Shown here one piece after another: positions 28,759 through 37,627 of a stretch of DNA of 64,000 nucleotides. The stretch spans positions 11,072 through 75,071 of the forward strand of contig CP174360.1 in assembly GCA_045401155.1 (NCBI GenBank), given 5' to 3'. The position numbers and the translations under genes are program-made. The notes under the pieces were generated by a model, which saw only the letters and a program-made list of their open reading frames with translations, did no database searches and had not been told where the DNA came from. Every line of letters begins with the position of its first letter. Within the stretch, counting starts at the first letter, position 1. The DNA comes from Candidatus Minusculum obligatum. Its GTDB lineage: Bacteria; Patescibacteriota; Minisyncoccia; Phycocordibacterales; Phycocordibacteraceae.

Positions 28759-29130
28759 TTACACTACTTCTGGAGCAGATGAAAGGATCTTCTGGTACCC
28801 AGCTTCTCCTAGCTCTCGAGGCACTGGACCGAAAATACGGTTTGCCTTTGGCTCTGGCTTCTCCTTATCAATAAGTACGACCGCATTCTCATCAAATCGA
28901 ATGTAGCTTCCATCCTTTCGACGGAATGGTGCGCGCTGACGCACAACTACCGCATGGTGCACATCCTTCTTCTTTACGTTCTTTCGAGGCTCCGCAGTCT
29001 GAATTGAAACCACCACCTTATCTCCGATACGAGCGTAACGCCTTTTAGATCCTCCTAGCACCTTGAATACTCGGGCAATCTTACCTCCTGAGTTATCTGC
29101 TACTTTAACGATTGATTGTGGCTGAATCAT
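28759..29130 (-). CDS. rplN: 50S ribosomal protein L14
   Basis: MIQPQS..VADNSG L14 start. Confidence 0.9.
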   Translation of the reverse strand: MIQPQSIVKVADNSGGKIARVFKVLGGSKRRYARIGDKVVVSIQTAEPRKNVKKKDVHHAVVVRQRAPFRRKDGSYIRFDENAVVLIDKEKPEPKANRIFGPVPRELGEAGYQKILSSAPEVV

Positions 29131-29131
29131 A

Positions 29132-29386
29132 TTACTCGCTTACTAGGGTAAACCGCTTTAGTTTTGAAATTGGACGACCCTCCTTGATTGAAACCTTTGC
29201 TCCAACCTCTGCAGTATTACCTGGATTGTGTACCAAAAACTTCTTTGATCGCTTCTGATACTTCTTGTACTTAGGATGCTTCACGTATCGAGATACCTCA
29301 ACTGTAATCGTATCCTTAGCCGCATTCTTAACAACCGTACCCTTTAGTACTTTTCCGTTGCTCTCTTTTGTTACGTCATTACTCAT
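29132..29386 (-). CDS. rpsQ: 30S ribosomal protein S17
   Basis: [21 protein letters not shown] pattern. Confidence 0.85.
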   Translation of the reverse strand: MSNDVTKESNGKVLKGTVVKNAAKDTITVEVSRYVKHPKYKKYQKRSKKFLVHNPGNTAEVGAKVSIKEGRPISKLKRFTLVSE

Positions 29387-29387
29387 A

Positions 29388-29564
29388 TTACTTTGTGCGG
29401 CTATTTAGCTCTGTCTTAATGCGTGCAATCTCCTTTCGGACATTCTTGTGCGCCTTAGGATCTTTCTTCTCTGCAACACCAAAACGGATCTTGCGAATAT
29501 CCTCCTGCTTCTCGCGCAGTAGTTTATTCAAATCTTTATCATTCTTTTTCGCTAGATCAGTCAT
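29388..29564 (-). CDS. rpmC: 50S ribosomal protein L29
   Basis: Start at internal MTDLAKK; coiled-coil L29 pattern. Confidence 0.75.
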   Translation of the reverse strand: MTDLAKKNDKDLNKLLREKQEDIRKIRFGVAEKKDPKAHKNVRKEIARIKTELNSRTK

Positions 29565-29565
29565 A

Positions 29566-29991
29566 TTACAGTTCACGCTTCGCAAATGTGCTCTTAAATG
29601 GAAGCTTTGCACCAGCCTTTCGGAAAGCCTCACGTGCCATTGCCTCAGGTACACCATCAAGCTCAAAGATCACTCGACCAGGACGCACCTCAAAGATGAA
29701 TCGCTGTGGATCTCCCTTACCCTTACCCATACCTACCTCAGCGGCCTTCTGGGTTTGTGGCTTGTCTGGGAATACTCGAATCCAACTCTTTCCAATCTTC
29801 CCTGTTGATCGGCTAATCACCTTTCGAGCAGCCTCAATCTGATTTGAAGAAAGACGTCCAGGGCTTGTAGCCTTAAGACCGTACGCTCCAAACGCAACTG
29901 TTGTACCACGTGTATCAGGACGCGCAAGCTTCTCAGGAGACTTTCGTCCTGTCTGCCACTTTCGGTGTTTTACTTTCTTAGGAAACAACAT
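29566..29991 (-). CDS. rplP: 50S ribosomal protein L16
   Basis: Start MLFPKKVKHRK; L16 signature RMGKGKG. Confidence 0.9.
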   Translation of the reverse strand: MLFPKKVKHRKWQTGRKSPEKLARPDTRGTTVAFGAYGLKATSPGRLSSNQIEAARKVISRSTGKIGKSWIRVFPDKPQTQKAAEVGMGKGKGDPQRFIFEVRPGRVIFELDGVPEAMAREAFRKAGAKLPFKSTFAKREL

Positions 29992-29995
29992 AGGC

Positions 29996-30661
29996 TTAAT
30001 TCTTATCTTCGAAGATGTCTCCTCGGTAGATCCATACCTTAATTCCAATCACACCGTATGGAAGGTTTGCGCGCTCGTATGCAAAATCAATATCTGCGCG
30101 GAATGTCTGCAGAGGAATTCGACCCTTCTTAAGCTCCTCCTTTCGAGCCATGTCAGCTCCACCAAGACGACCACTCATCACGATTCGTACTCCCTGCACA
30201 TCACGATTAGCCATCACCTTCTCTACAGTCTGTTTCATTACACGACGGAATGGAAGACGCTTCTCAAGTCCCTCAGTAATCATGTACGCTACTACTGCAG
30301 CATTACTCTCTGGAGACTTAACCTCTACTACATCAAACTTAACCTCTGGCATTACCTCTGGTTTTTCCTTTCGGATAACTGCCTCAAGCTGCTTCTTCAC
30401 CTTTGTCGCATTCTCTCCTGATCGTCCGATCACAAGTCCTGGTCGAGATGTATTAACGATTACGCGAATATCCTTCTCTCCTCGCTCAATCTCAATATCA
30501 GCAACGTACATTCCTCGAAGTGCCTTCTCTAGGAACTTACGAACCGCAGCATCAATACGCACGTTCTCACGATACTTGTCCTTTCCACCTGCAAACCATC
30601 GGCTCTTCCAGCCACGGATGATTCCAAGTCGTTGTGCGTATGGGTGTACTACGTGTGTCAT
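29996..30661 (-). CDS. rpsC: 30S ribosomal protein S3
   Basis: KH domain and S3-C motifs. Confidence 0.9.
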   Translation of the reverse strand: MTHVVHPYAQRLGIIRGWKSRWFAGGKDKYRENVRIDAAVRKFLEKALRGMYVADIEIERGEKDIRVIVNTSRPGLVIGRSGENATKVKKQLEAVIRKEKPEVMPEVKFDVVEVKSPESNAAVVAYMITEGLEKRLPFRRVMKQTVEKVMANRDVQGVRIVMSGRLGGADMARKEELKKGRIPLQTFRADIDFAYERANLPYGVIGIKVWIYRGDIFEDKN

Positions 30662-30662
30662 A

Positions 30663-30980
30663 TTATTTCTTCTTAAGAGTTACCTTAATGTGACTCTTCT
30701 CTTTTCTAAGCGGTGTAGCTCGTCCACGTGCTCGTGGAAGCCATCGCTTAAGGGTCATACCCTTGTCCACTGTAATATTCTCAATTACAAGTGCGTCAGT
30801 ATTTTTTTCTCCTGAGTTAGCTGCAGCTGAAGCAATAAGTTTCTTCACTTCATCTGCACCTTTCTTCTTTACAAAAGGAAGCATCTCTAGCGCCTCAGAT
30901 ACGCTCTTTCCTTTCACAAGGTCAGTTACCAAACGAACTTTTCGTGGTGCCTGATTATGATTTTTAAGAAATGCTTTCAT
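30663..30980 (-). CDS. rplV: 50S ribosomal protein L22
   Basis: L22 pattern KVRLVTDLVKGKSV.EAL. Confidence 0.85.
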   Translation of the reverse strand: MKAFLKNHNQAPRKVRLVTDLVKGKSVSEALEMLPFVKKKGADEVKKLIASAAANSGEKNTDALVIENITVDKGMTLKRWLPRARGRATPLRKEKSHIKVTLKKK

Positions 30981-30987
30981 AGGTTAT

Positions 30988-31320
30988 TTAGGCGGCTGCT
31001 GCCTTTGCGGCCTTAGCTGCTGCAATCTCAGCCTCCTTTCTCTTCTGTTCAAGCTCCTTGGCCATCTTACCTCCGTGAGTGATGAACTTCTTTGTTGGAG
31101 AAAATTCTCCAAGTCGGTGTCCTACCATCTCGTCAGTAACAAGTACCTGTACGTGATCTTTTCCATTGTGCACGCCAAAGGTAAATCCAACCATTTCTGG
31201 TGCAATCTGACTTGCGCGTGCCCATGTATTAATAACCCCAGTTTCCTCAGGTTTCTTCCCCTCAATCTTCTTGAGAAGCTTAATATCAACGTATGGTCCT
31301 TTTTTAATTGATCGTGCCAT
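30988..31320 (-). CDS. rpsS: 30S ribosomal protein S19 with Ala/Lys-rich C-terminal extension
   Basis: Start [10 protein letters not shown]; tail [18 protein letters not shown]. Confidence 0.85.
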   Translation of the reverse strand: MARSIKKGPYVDIKLLKKIEGKKPEETGVINTWARASQIAPEMVGFTFGVHNGKDHVQVLVTDEMVGHRLGEFSPTKKFITHGGKMAKELEQKRKEAEIAAAKAAKAAAA

Positions 31321-31460
31321 AAAACAAAAGCTCGAACTCGAGCGTGGGGCTATGCTACTTGATTTAATCCCTAATGTCAAACCTTTCTGAAGTGATTTCC
31401 TTGCTTTTGACACATATCTTGGTATATGGTGCTCCAAGATCAGCACAAAGAGGTATAAAC

Positions 31461-31847
31461 ATGACTGTAGTAGCGCTTGAATCGGACGATTCTCTTCGCG
31501 AGAAAGTCCAAAAAGGCATTCGTTGGCTCAATGAAAATGAAGAAACGCCAACAGACTGGAAATATCGCTTGTTTTCAAGCGATGGAGAATTCCGTTTCCT
31601 GGGACAGCTTTGCATAGCAGAGACAAGTATTCTGCCACTCATATTCAAGGATGACCTTGGAGACGAGGTAATTCCCAGCGATGTCGGCATTTGTGCCCAT
31701 TTTGAAATGAGCCATGAATTCCGCGTCAATCATGGATTCTTCGTTAATGTGAGCGATGAACGACTCATCCAGCGACTCAACAAAATCTGGGAACTCGAAC
31801 TTCGAGCAGAAATCGAGAAAGACGCCGGCGACGGCTCTCTCTGGTAA
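31461..31847 (+). CDS. Hypothetical acidic protein (128 aa), antisense insertion in S10 operon
   Basis: RBS AAAGAGGT 6 nt upstream of ATG at 31461; no recognisable family. Confidence 0.4.
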   Translation: MTVVALESDDSLREKVQKGIRWLNENEETPTDWKYRLFSSDGEFRFLGQLCIAETSILPLIFKDDLGDEVIPSDVGICAHFEMSHEFRVNHGFFVNVSDERLIQRLNKIWELELRAEIEKDAGDGSLW

Positions 31848-31862
31848 TACAGGGGAAACGAA

Positions 31863-32108
31863 ATGACAGAACTGCTCCGCATCAAAGACCTTTCGGAAGA
31901 AGACAAGAAGGAATATTATCGGATCAAGAACCAACTTGATACGCAGCACTCCTCTGTTTTCGATGGACTCAAAGAAAGACTTCGGGCGATCCAGCACATA
32001 CAGCCTTACAACAACAGAAAATGGACGCTCTATTTCCAAGATTCCATCATCCGATGGATGATGTTCTCCAAGAACCCCGACCTTATCGAGTGGCCAGCGA
32101 TCATCTGA
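31863..32108 (+). CDS. Hypothetical protein (81 aa), second gene of antisense pair
   Basis: RBS AGGGGAAA, 15-nt spacing from upstream gene, followed by terminator. Confidence 0.4.
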   Translation: MTELLRIKDLSEEDKKEYYRIKNQLDTQHSSVFDGLKERLRAIQHIQPYNNRKWTLYFQDSIIRWMMFSKNPDLIEWPAII

Positions 32109-32117
32109 CCAAAACTA

Positions 32118-32146
32118 CAAAAAGCGACCCTTGCGGGTCGCTTTTC
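32118..32146. terminator. Bidirectional intrinsic terminator between small-gene pair and rplB
   Basis: AAAGCGACCC TTGC GGGTCGCTTTT with A/T tracts both sides. Confidence 0.7.
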
Positions 32147-32148
32147 TA

Positions 32149-32991
32149 CTATCGTCGCTTTCCAACCTTTCGGCGAGAAACGATAAGCTTGTTTGAGTAT
32201 TTCTTTGGTGCTCGTGTCTTCTGTCCCTTTCCAGCGGGCTTTCCCCACTTGGTTCGCTGACGTCGGTGTCCACGACCTGCACGCCCCTCTCCTCCTCCAT
32301 GAGGGTGATCATGCGCTCCCATGGCAGATCCACGCACAACTGGGCGTCGTCCCATGCGTCGTGCTCGTCCTGCGGTACCAATACGCACAAGAGAGTGCTC
32401 TTCATTTGAAACGCTTCCGACAGTAGCCCAAGCAGTATCTACGATCTTTCGAATCTCAGATGATGGAAGTTTAATCTGTACGTATCCTCCATCGTGCGCC
32501 TGTACTTCAGCATAGTTTCCAGCTGATCGTACGATCTTAGCTCCACCATTTGGCTTAAGCTCAATATTGTATACAAATGTACCTGTAGGAATCTTCTTAA
32601 GTGGTAGACGGTTTCCAACAGTTGGCTTTACCTTCTCAGATACGGTAAACGTATCTCCAACCTTAACGCTCTTAGGCGCAAGGATGTATCGTCGCTCTCC
32701 ATCTGCGTATACCACACGTGCAATGAATCCTGATCGGTTTGGATCGTACTCTAGTGTCTCAATACGTGCTGGAATATCCTTCTTATCAAGTAGGAAGTCG
32801 ATATCTCGATACTTTCGCTTCACTCCACCTCCTCGGTGTCGTGTAGTGATTCGCCCTCCAGAGTTTCGTCCAGAATTATTCTTTCGCCCCTTTGTAAGAG
32901 ACTTCATCGGCTTGTCACCTGAAAGCAGCTCCCGGTAGTTGATCCCGGTCATGTCTCGTCGTCCTGCTGATGTTGGTTTAAATTTCTTCAT
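32149..32991 (-). CDS. rplB: 50S ribosomal protein L2
   Basis: 280 aa, L2 signature GGGHKR-like region and C-terminal basic tail. Confidence 0.9.
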   Translation of the reverse strand: MKKFKPTSAGRRDMTGINYRELLSGDKPMKSLTKGRKNNSGRNSGGRITTRHRGGGVKRKYRDIDFLLDKKDIPARIETLEYDPNRSGFIARVVYADGERRYILAPKSVKVGDTFTVSEKVKPTVGNRLPLKKIPTGTFVYNIELKPNGGAKIVRSAGNYAEVQAHDGGYVQIKLPSSEIRKIVDTAWATVGSVSNEEHSLVRIGTAGRARRMGRRPVVRGSAMGAHDHPHGGGEGRAGRGHRRQRTKWGKPAGKGQKTRAPKKYSNKLIVSRRKVGKRR

Positions 32992-32997
32992 ACGCTA

Positions 32998-33375
32998 TTA
33001 GATAAGCTGTAGTCGCTCTCCATCTTTTAGAGTTACGTACGCCTTCTTTACGCCACTCTTTGTACCACGCTTCCCCTTTGTTCGTCGAGATGCCTCCTTT
33101 CCTGGAGTCTTTGCCATATTTACAGCAGTAACCTCAACCTTAAATGCCTCCTTAACAGCACGCTTCACATCCTGCTTTGTAGCTTTTGGATATACATCAA
33201 ATACGTACACGTTCTTTGTCCCTGCAAGAAGCGCCTTCTCTGTAAGGTGTGGCTTCACGAGGATATTAGCTGGAACAATTCCAGTCTCAGAAATAGTCTT
33301 AGGTGCATCCTTCTTTACAGGAGCCTCCTCTGTTTTCTTCTCTTCCTTCTTTTTATCGTTTCCAAAAATTCCCAT
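32998..33375 (-). CDS. rplW: 50S ribosomal protein L23 (N-terminally extended)
   Basis: L23 core ...KPHLTEKA...VYVFDV. Confidence 0.8.
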   Translation of the reverse strand: MGIFGNDKKKEEKKTEEAPVKKDAPKTISETGIVPANILVKPHLTEKALLAGTKNVYVFDVYPKATKQDVKRAVKEAFKVEVTAVNMAKTPGKEASRRTKGKRGTKSGVKKAYVTLKDGERLQLI

Positions 33376-33378
33376 ACG

Positions 33379-34065
33379 CTATTTCTTACGACCAGTAAGT
33401 ACTGTAACTGCCTCAGTTGGATTCTCAATCACAAGATACTTGTGTCCTAGCACCTCAACTGGGTTTAGGTTTCGAACCTCAGATACATCAACTCGCTTGA
33501 TGTTTGCAAAACTCTTCTTAACTGCCTCAGTCTTCTCAACTGGAGCAATAAGAGCCGCATTCTTCTCCTTTCCTAGCCCCTCGAAGTGCTTCTCAAGGTT
33601 CTTTAGGAAAATATCTGCATCCTTTGTCTTAGGAGCTGAAAGATTCATGTTGTCTACGAAAATAATCTCTCCATCCGCTAGCTTTTGTGAAAGCGCCACA
33701 AATAGAGCCTTTACACGCATCTTCTTTGAGATTGCCTTTGTGTAGTCCTTCTCATTTCGAGGACCAAAGGTAACACCTCCTGTTCGCCAAATTGGAGAAC
33801 GAGATGACCCATGTCGAGCACGCCCTGTACCCTTTTGCCGCCATGGCTTCTTTCCACCTCCAGAAACCTCACTTCGGTCCTTTGTGTGAGCAGTACCAAA
33901 TCGAGCATTGCTCTGCATTCCAGTAACTACCTGGTGTACGAGATCTGCATTCCAAGGAAGTCCAAAGATTGTCTCTGGAAGATCAATAGATCCAGCCTCC
34001 TTACCTTCTACAGAGTAGATAGGTGCTGAAAGCTTTGTATTCTTCTTTGTTGTTGAATCAGCCAT
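33379..34065 (-). CDS. rplD: 50S ribosomal protein L4
   Basis: L4 motif RQKGTGRAR. Confidence 0.9.
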   Translation of the reverse strand: MADSTTKKNTKLSAPIYSVEGKEAGSIDLPETIFGLPWNADLVHQVVTGMQSNARFGTAHTKDRSEVSGGGKKPWRQKGTGRARHGSSRSPIWRTGGVTFGPRNEKDYTKAISKKMRVKALFVALSQKLADGEIIFVDNMNLSAPKTKDADIFLKNLEKHFEGLGKEKNAALIAPVEKTEAVKKSFANIKRVDVSEVRNLNPVEVLGHKYLVIENPTEAVTVLTGRKK

Positions 34066-34066
34066 A

Positions 34067-34687
34067 TTACTTTGCGATAACCTCGATTAGGGTTCCCTTT
34101 CGTCCAGGAACAGCCCCCTTAACCATAAGCGTATTATTCTCTGCATCTACCGCAACAATCTCAAGATTCTTCACGGTAATCATGTCAGATCCCATACGCC
34201 CCGGCATCTTTCGACCCTTTGCAACGCGTCCACCATCTCCAGCTCCTCCTCCAATAGAACCTGGTGATCGCTCAGTATGCTTTTGTCCGTGAGATCGAGG
34301 ACCTCCACGGAAGTTATATCGCTTTACCACTCCCTGGAATCCCTTACCTTTTGAAATTCCACGAACGGTAACGACATCTCCTTTCTCAAATACTGAAGCG
34401 TCGATAGTATCACCCGCCTTTAGTTCAGTTTCATCTACACGAAACTCTCGTACCTCACTCTTAGGAGCAACATTTGCCTTCTTAAAGTGCCCCAGAAGCG
34501 CCTTATTTAGACGTGACTCCTTCTGATCCTTAAATGCTACCTGTACAGCAGCGTACCCATCAGTCTCTCCAGTCTTAACCTGAGTAACTGAAACAGGCCC
34601 CGCTGAAATTACGGTAGCAGGAAATACTCGACCACTTTCGTCGAATACTTGAGTCATTCCTTCTTTTGTTCCAAGAATAAATTTCAT
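34067..34687 (-). CDS. rplC: 50S ribosomal protein L3
   Basis: MKFILGTKEGMTQVFDE L3 start. Confidence 0.9.
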   Translation of the reverse strand: MKFILGTKEGMTQVFDESGRVFPATVISAGPVSVTQVKTGETDGYAAVQVAFKDQKESRLNKALLGHFKKANVAPKSEVREFRVDETELKAGDTIDASVFEKGDVVTVRGISKGKGFQGVVKRYNFRGGPRSHGQKHTERSPGSIGGGAGDGGRVAKGRKMPGRMGSDMITVKNLEIVAVDAENNTLMVKGAVPGRKGTLIEVIAK

Positions 34688-34801
34688 GAAAAAATGCGCT
34701 CAATGGCGCAAAAACTTATTTCAAGTTTCTTGCCATTGGTCTCCCACTTGGGGTACGTAGCGTGTGAGCACTATACACGAATATTTTTAGGATGCAAATA
34801 G

Positions 34802-34846
34802 AAAACCGCCGACAAGAGGTTTGGACTCTTGCAGGCGGTTTTTGAT
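34802..34846. terminator. Long bidirectional terminator hairpin
   Basis: Nested stems AACCGCC/GGCGGTT and CAAGAG/CTCTTG with A4/T4 flanks. Confidence 0.6.
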
Positions 34847-35175
34847 TAAAGCAGAATTCCTGCTCCTTTTATATTCTTGGGGATCCTTCGCCCCTGCTCC
34901 TTTTCCCATCCTGAAACTAAGATGGCGTCATAAAGAGCCAGGGACATCATAAACATCCCAAAAATAGTGTTCGCCAAAAACGCAAGTATTACGTTTATCG
35001 CAGTCGCCTCAAAAGCAACCATGTCTCCATCGCTCGAGAGAACAAGAAGCGCCTCAAAAGCAGCAGCGATGAGCAGTGCCCCCGCGAATAGCTGGAGAAA
35101 TAGGCCGCTCCTATAATCGTCCATGAGAAACCGTATACCACTCAGCAGAGCGAGCATAATTCCAAGTTCAATCAT
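34846..35175 (-). CDS. Hypothetical 3-TM membrane protein inserted between rpsJ and rplC
   Basis: 109 aa hydrophobic; own terminators on both sides. Confidence 0.4.
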   Translation of the reverse strand: MIELGIMLALLSGIRFLMDDYRSGLFLQLFAGALLIAAAFEALLVLSSDGDMVAFEATAINVILAFLANTIFGMFMMSLALYDAILVSGWEKEQGRRIPKNIKGAGILL

Positions 35176-35236
35176 TTCAACCTCCTAGAAAGATCGTTTA
35201 CTCGAAGGTACGTGCTTTTGTTCGCCGTGTCAAACA

Positions 35237-35265
35237 AAAACACCCCCATCCGGGGGTGTTTTTGT
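35237..35265. terminator. Bidirectional terminator immediately downstream of rpsJ
   Basis: AAAAACACCCCC ATCC GGGGGTGTTTTTG. Confidence 0.7.
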
Positions 35266-35278
35266 AATCTCTCTAGAT

Positions 35279-35626
35279 TTAGCTCATCTTCACTTCAATC
35301 GATACTCCAGATGGAAGTGAAAGATTGGTAAGCGCATCAATGATCTTTGGATTTGGATTCATGATGTCAATCAGACGTTTGTGAACCCGCATCTCAAATT
35401 GTTCTCGCGCATCTTTGAATACGAAGCTAGATCGATTCACTGTGTAGCGCTTAATTTCAGTTGGAAGCGGAATTGGTCCGACTACCTCAGCATCAAAGCG
35501 AAGTGCCGTATCCATAATCTGCTTCACTGAAAGGTCTAGAACCTTGTGCTCGTAGGCACGAACACGAATGCGAAGCTTCGGCACGCTAGGCGCTTTGCTG
35601 CTCTCTTTTTTCGTTTCCGTTGCCAT
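35279..35626 (-). CDS. rpsJ: 30S ribosomal protein S10
   Basis: S10 core [15 protein letters not shown]. Confidence 0.9.
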   Translation of the reverse strand: MATETKKESSKAPSVPKLRIRVRAYEHKVLDLSVKQIMDTALRFDAEVVGPIPLPTEIKRYTVNRSSFVFKDAREQFEMRVHKRLIDIMNPNPKIIDALTNLSLPSGVSIEVKMS

Positions 35627-35655
35627 AGTGTTTACAAAGTTCTAATTAGTAAGTG

Positions 35656-36849
35656 TTAGGCAACAACCTTAGTTACCACACCAGCTCCCACAGTCTTTCC
35701 TCCCTCTCGAACGGCAAATCGTTGTCCGTCCTCAAGAGCAACTGGAGATGTAAGCTTTACCTTAAAGGTAACCGTATCTCCTGGCATAACCATCTCTGTT
35801 CCCTCTGCTAGAGTTACGTCTCCGGTTACGTCAGTTGTTCGGATGTAGAACTGAGGCTTGTATCCTGAGAAGAATGGTGTGTGACGTCCTCCCTCCTCCT
35901 TTGATAGAACGTATACTTCAGCCTCAAACTCAGTGTGAGGTGTTACTGATCCAGGGATCGCAAGCACCTGTCCTCGGTGGATCTCCTCCTTCTTTGTTCC
36001 TCGAAGAAGAATTCCGGCGTTGTCTCCAGCCTGAGCTGAATCAAGCTGCTTGTTGAACATCTCAACTCCTGTAACCGTAGTCTTGGTAGTATCTTGGATT
36101 CCAACGATTTCAATCTCGTCTCCAACCTTGATCTCACCTCGCTCTACACGACCAGTTACTACTGTACCTCGTCCTTCGATTGAGAAGATGTCCTCGATCG
36201 GCATAAGGAATGGCTTGTCTGTCTCTCGCTCTGGTAGCGGGAAGTACTCATCCATAGCCTTTACAAGGTCAAGAACCTTAGCTCCGAACTCTCCCTTAGG
36301 ATCCTCTAGAGCCTTAAGTCCTGATCCACGGATAACAGGAGCGTTTTCTCCATCAAAGTCATACTTTGTAAGAAGTTCACGCACCTCCTCCTCCACAAGA
36401 TCTACAAGATCAGCGTCTTCTACCTGATCTACCTTGTTTAGGAACACAATAATCTTAGGCACTCCAACCTGCTTTGCAAGAAGGATATGCTCTCGTGTCT
36501 GTGGCATCACTCCGTCTGAAGCTGCTACCACTAGTACCGCACCGTCCATCTGAGCCGCACCGGTAATCATGTTCTTGATGTAGTCGGCGTGACCTGGGGC
36601 GTCGATGTGCGCGTAGTGACGAGTTGGTGACTCGTACTCGTTGTGAGAAAGGGCAATAGTAATTCCTCGCTCCTTCTCCTCTGGGGCGTTGTCAATCTGA
36701 TCAACTCCCTTCATGCTTGAGCTATATCCGTCTCCAGTCTCGTGAAGAACGTTTAGGATCGCAGCAGTAAGCGTAGTCTTTCCGTGGTCAACGTGACCAA
36801 TAGTTCCTACGTTTACGTGTGGCTTTGATCGGTCAAATGCATCTGCCAT
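35656..36849 (-). CDS. tuf: Elongation factor Tu
   Basis: 397 aa, [23 protein letters not shown]-motifs. Confidence 0.95.
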   Translation of the reverse strand: MADAFDRSKPHVNVGTIGHVDHGKTTLTAAILNVLHETGDGYSSSMKGVDQIDNAPEEKERGITIALSHNEYESPTRHYAHIDAPGHADYIKNMITGAAQMDGAVLVVAASDGVMPQTREHILLAKQVGVPKIIVFLNKVDQVEDADLVDLVEEEVRELLTKYDFDGENAPVIRGSGLKALEDPKGEFGAKVLDLVKAMDEYFPLPERETDKPFLMPIEDIFSIEGRGTVVTGRVERGEIKVGDEIEIVGIQDTTKTTVTGVEMFNKQLDSAQAGDNAGILLRGTKKEEIHRGQVLAIPGSVTPHTEFEAEVYVLSKEEGGRHTPFFSGYKPQFYIRTTDVTGDVTLAEGTEMVMPGDTVTFKVKLTSPVALEDGQRFAVREGGKTVGAGVVTKVVA

Positions 36850-37051
36850 ATTAGTAAAACTATTTATTTATTAATTTGCTTTTAGAAGCAGTGAGGTGGG
36901 CGCGAGAACAACCGTGCCACTTCACTACCTCCGTACATACAAGCGCTCCGTAAAATTACGGAAAATAAAAGGCGCTTCTATGCGTTAGCCGTATCCTACA
37001 CGAGCAAATACAAAGGTCAAGCCCCGGATCGCTGATCCGGGGCTACTGAAC

Positions 37052-37552
37052 TTATACGCACATACTTTTGTGCAAAGAAAGCACGGCACTGATGTTCGGA
37101 AGGCGCATTTCTACGCTTCTGAAGATCTGCCGAGCTGTCTCTGCGCCAGAAAGTATGTCAACAGGGCGATACAGCTCCCAAATAATGGCATCTGCACTGG
37201 AATCAGGCACAAAGCCTTCTTCCCAGCCAGCCGCACGTGGCTTTTCACGAGAAATCAGAGTGCTCACCCCGAGCATTCGGACATGCAACCCGTCAAAAAA
37301 CACGCGCGCGAGAAGAAGAAGCTCCCCTTCCTCAAGCCCAAGATTCCACCAAATGGGCACGCTTTCGAGACCCACAGGCACAGCTACGTGTATCTGATTT
37401 CCCGAAGTTTCTACAGGAATCCTTCTGCTGACGAACATAGAGAGAATGCTCGCACGTATTGCAGAAATAGGATCTTCGCCATTTTCGGCGCTACCGCACA
37501 CAACATCACGCATGACTCCCTCCATGAAATTTGCTTTCCTACCATTTAGCAT
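37052..37552 (-). CDS. Hypothetical protein in GC-enriched insert between tuf and fusA (strand uncertain)
   Basis: 166 aa ORF; region about 50% GC with long ORFs on both strands (mirror ORF 37070-37549 +); minus ORF more protein-like. Confidence 0.3.
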   Translation of the reverse strand: MLNGRKANFMEGVMRDVVCGSAENGEDPISAIRASILSMFVSRRIPVETSGNQIHVAVPVGLESVPIWWNLGLEEGELLLLARVFFDGLHVRMLGVSTLISREKPRAAGWEEGFVPDSSADAIIWELYRPVDILSGAETARQIFRSVEMRLPNISAVLSLHKSMCV

Positions 37553-37580
37553 ACACCCAAAACACGCTCAGCAAAAGAAA

Positions 37581-37606
37581 AACACCCACCAAATGGGTGT
37601 TTTTCT
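37581..37606. terminator. Bidirectional terminator downstream of fusA
   Basis: AAAACACCCACC AAAT GGGTGTTTTT. Confidence 0.7.
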
Positions 37607-37627
37607 TTATTTTGCAATATAGATTCC

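Noticed and set aside
34693-34712. Weak hairpin UGCGC-AUUGAG-GCGCA + U6 abutting rplC start as a bona fide terminator
   Set aside because: Only a 5-bp stem; retained only as part of the recurrent leader-motif observation, not called as a terminator feature.
37070-37549. 159-aa plus-strand ORF mirroring the minus-strand ORF in the tuf-fusA insert
   Set aside because: Arg/His/Cys-rich non-protein-like composition; both-strand long ORFs are expected in GC-rich DNA. Minus-strand reading preferred but strand remains uncertain.
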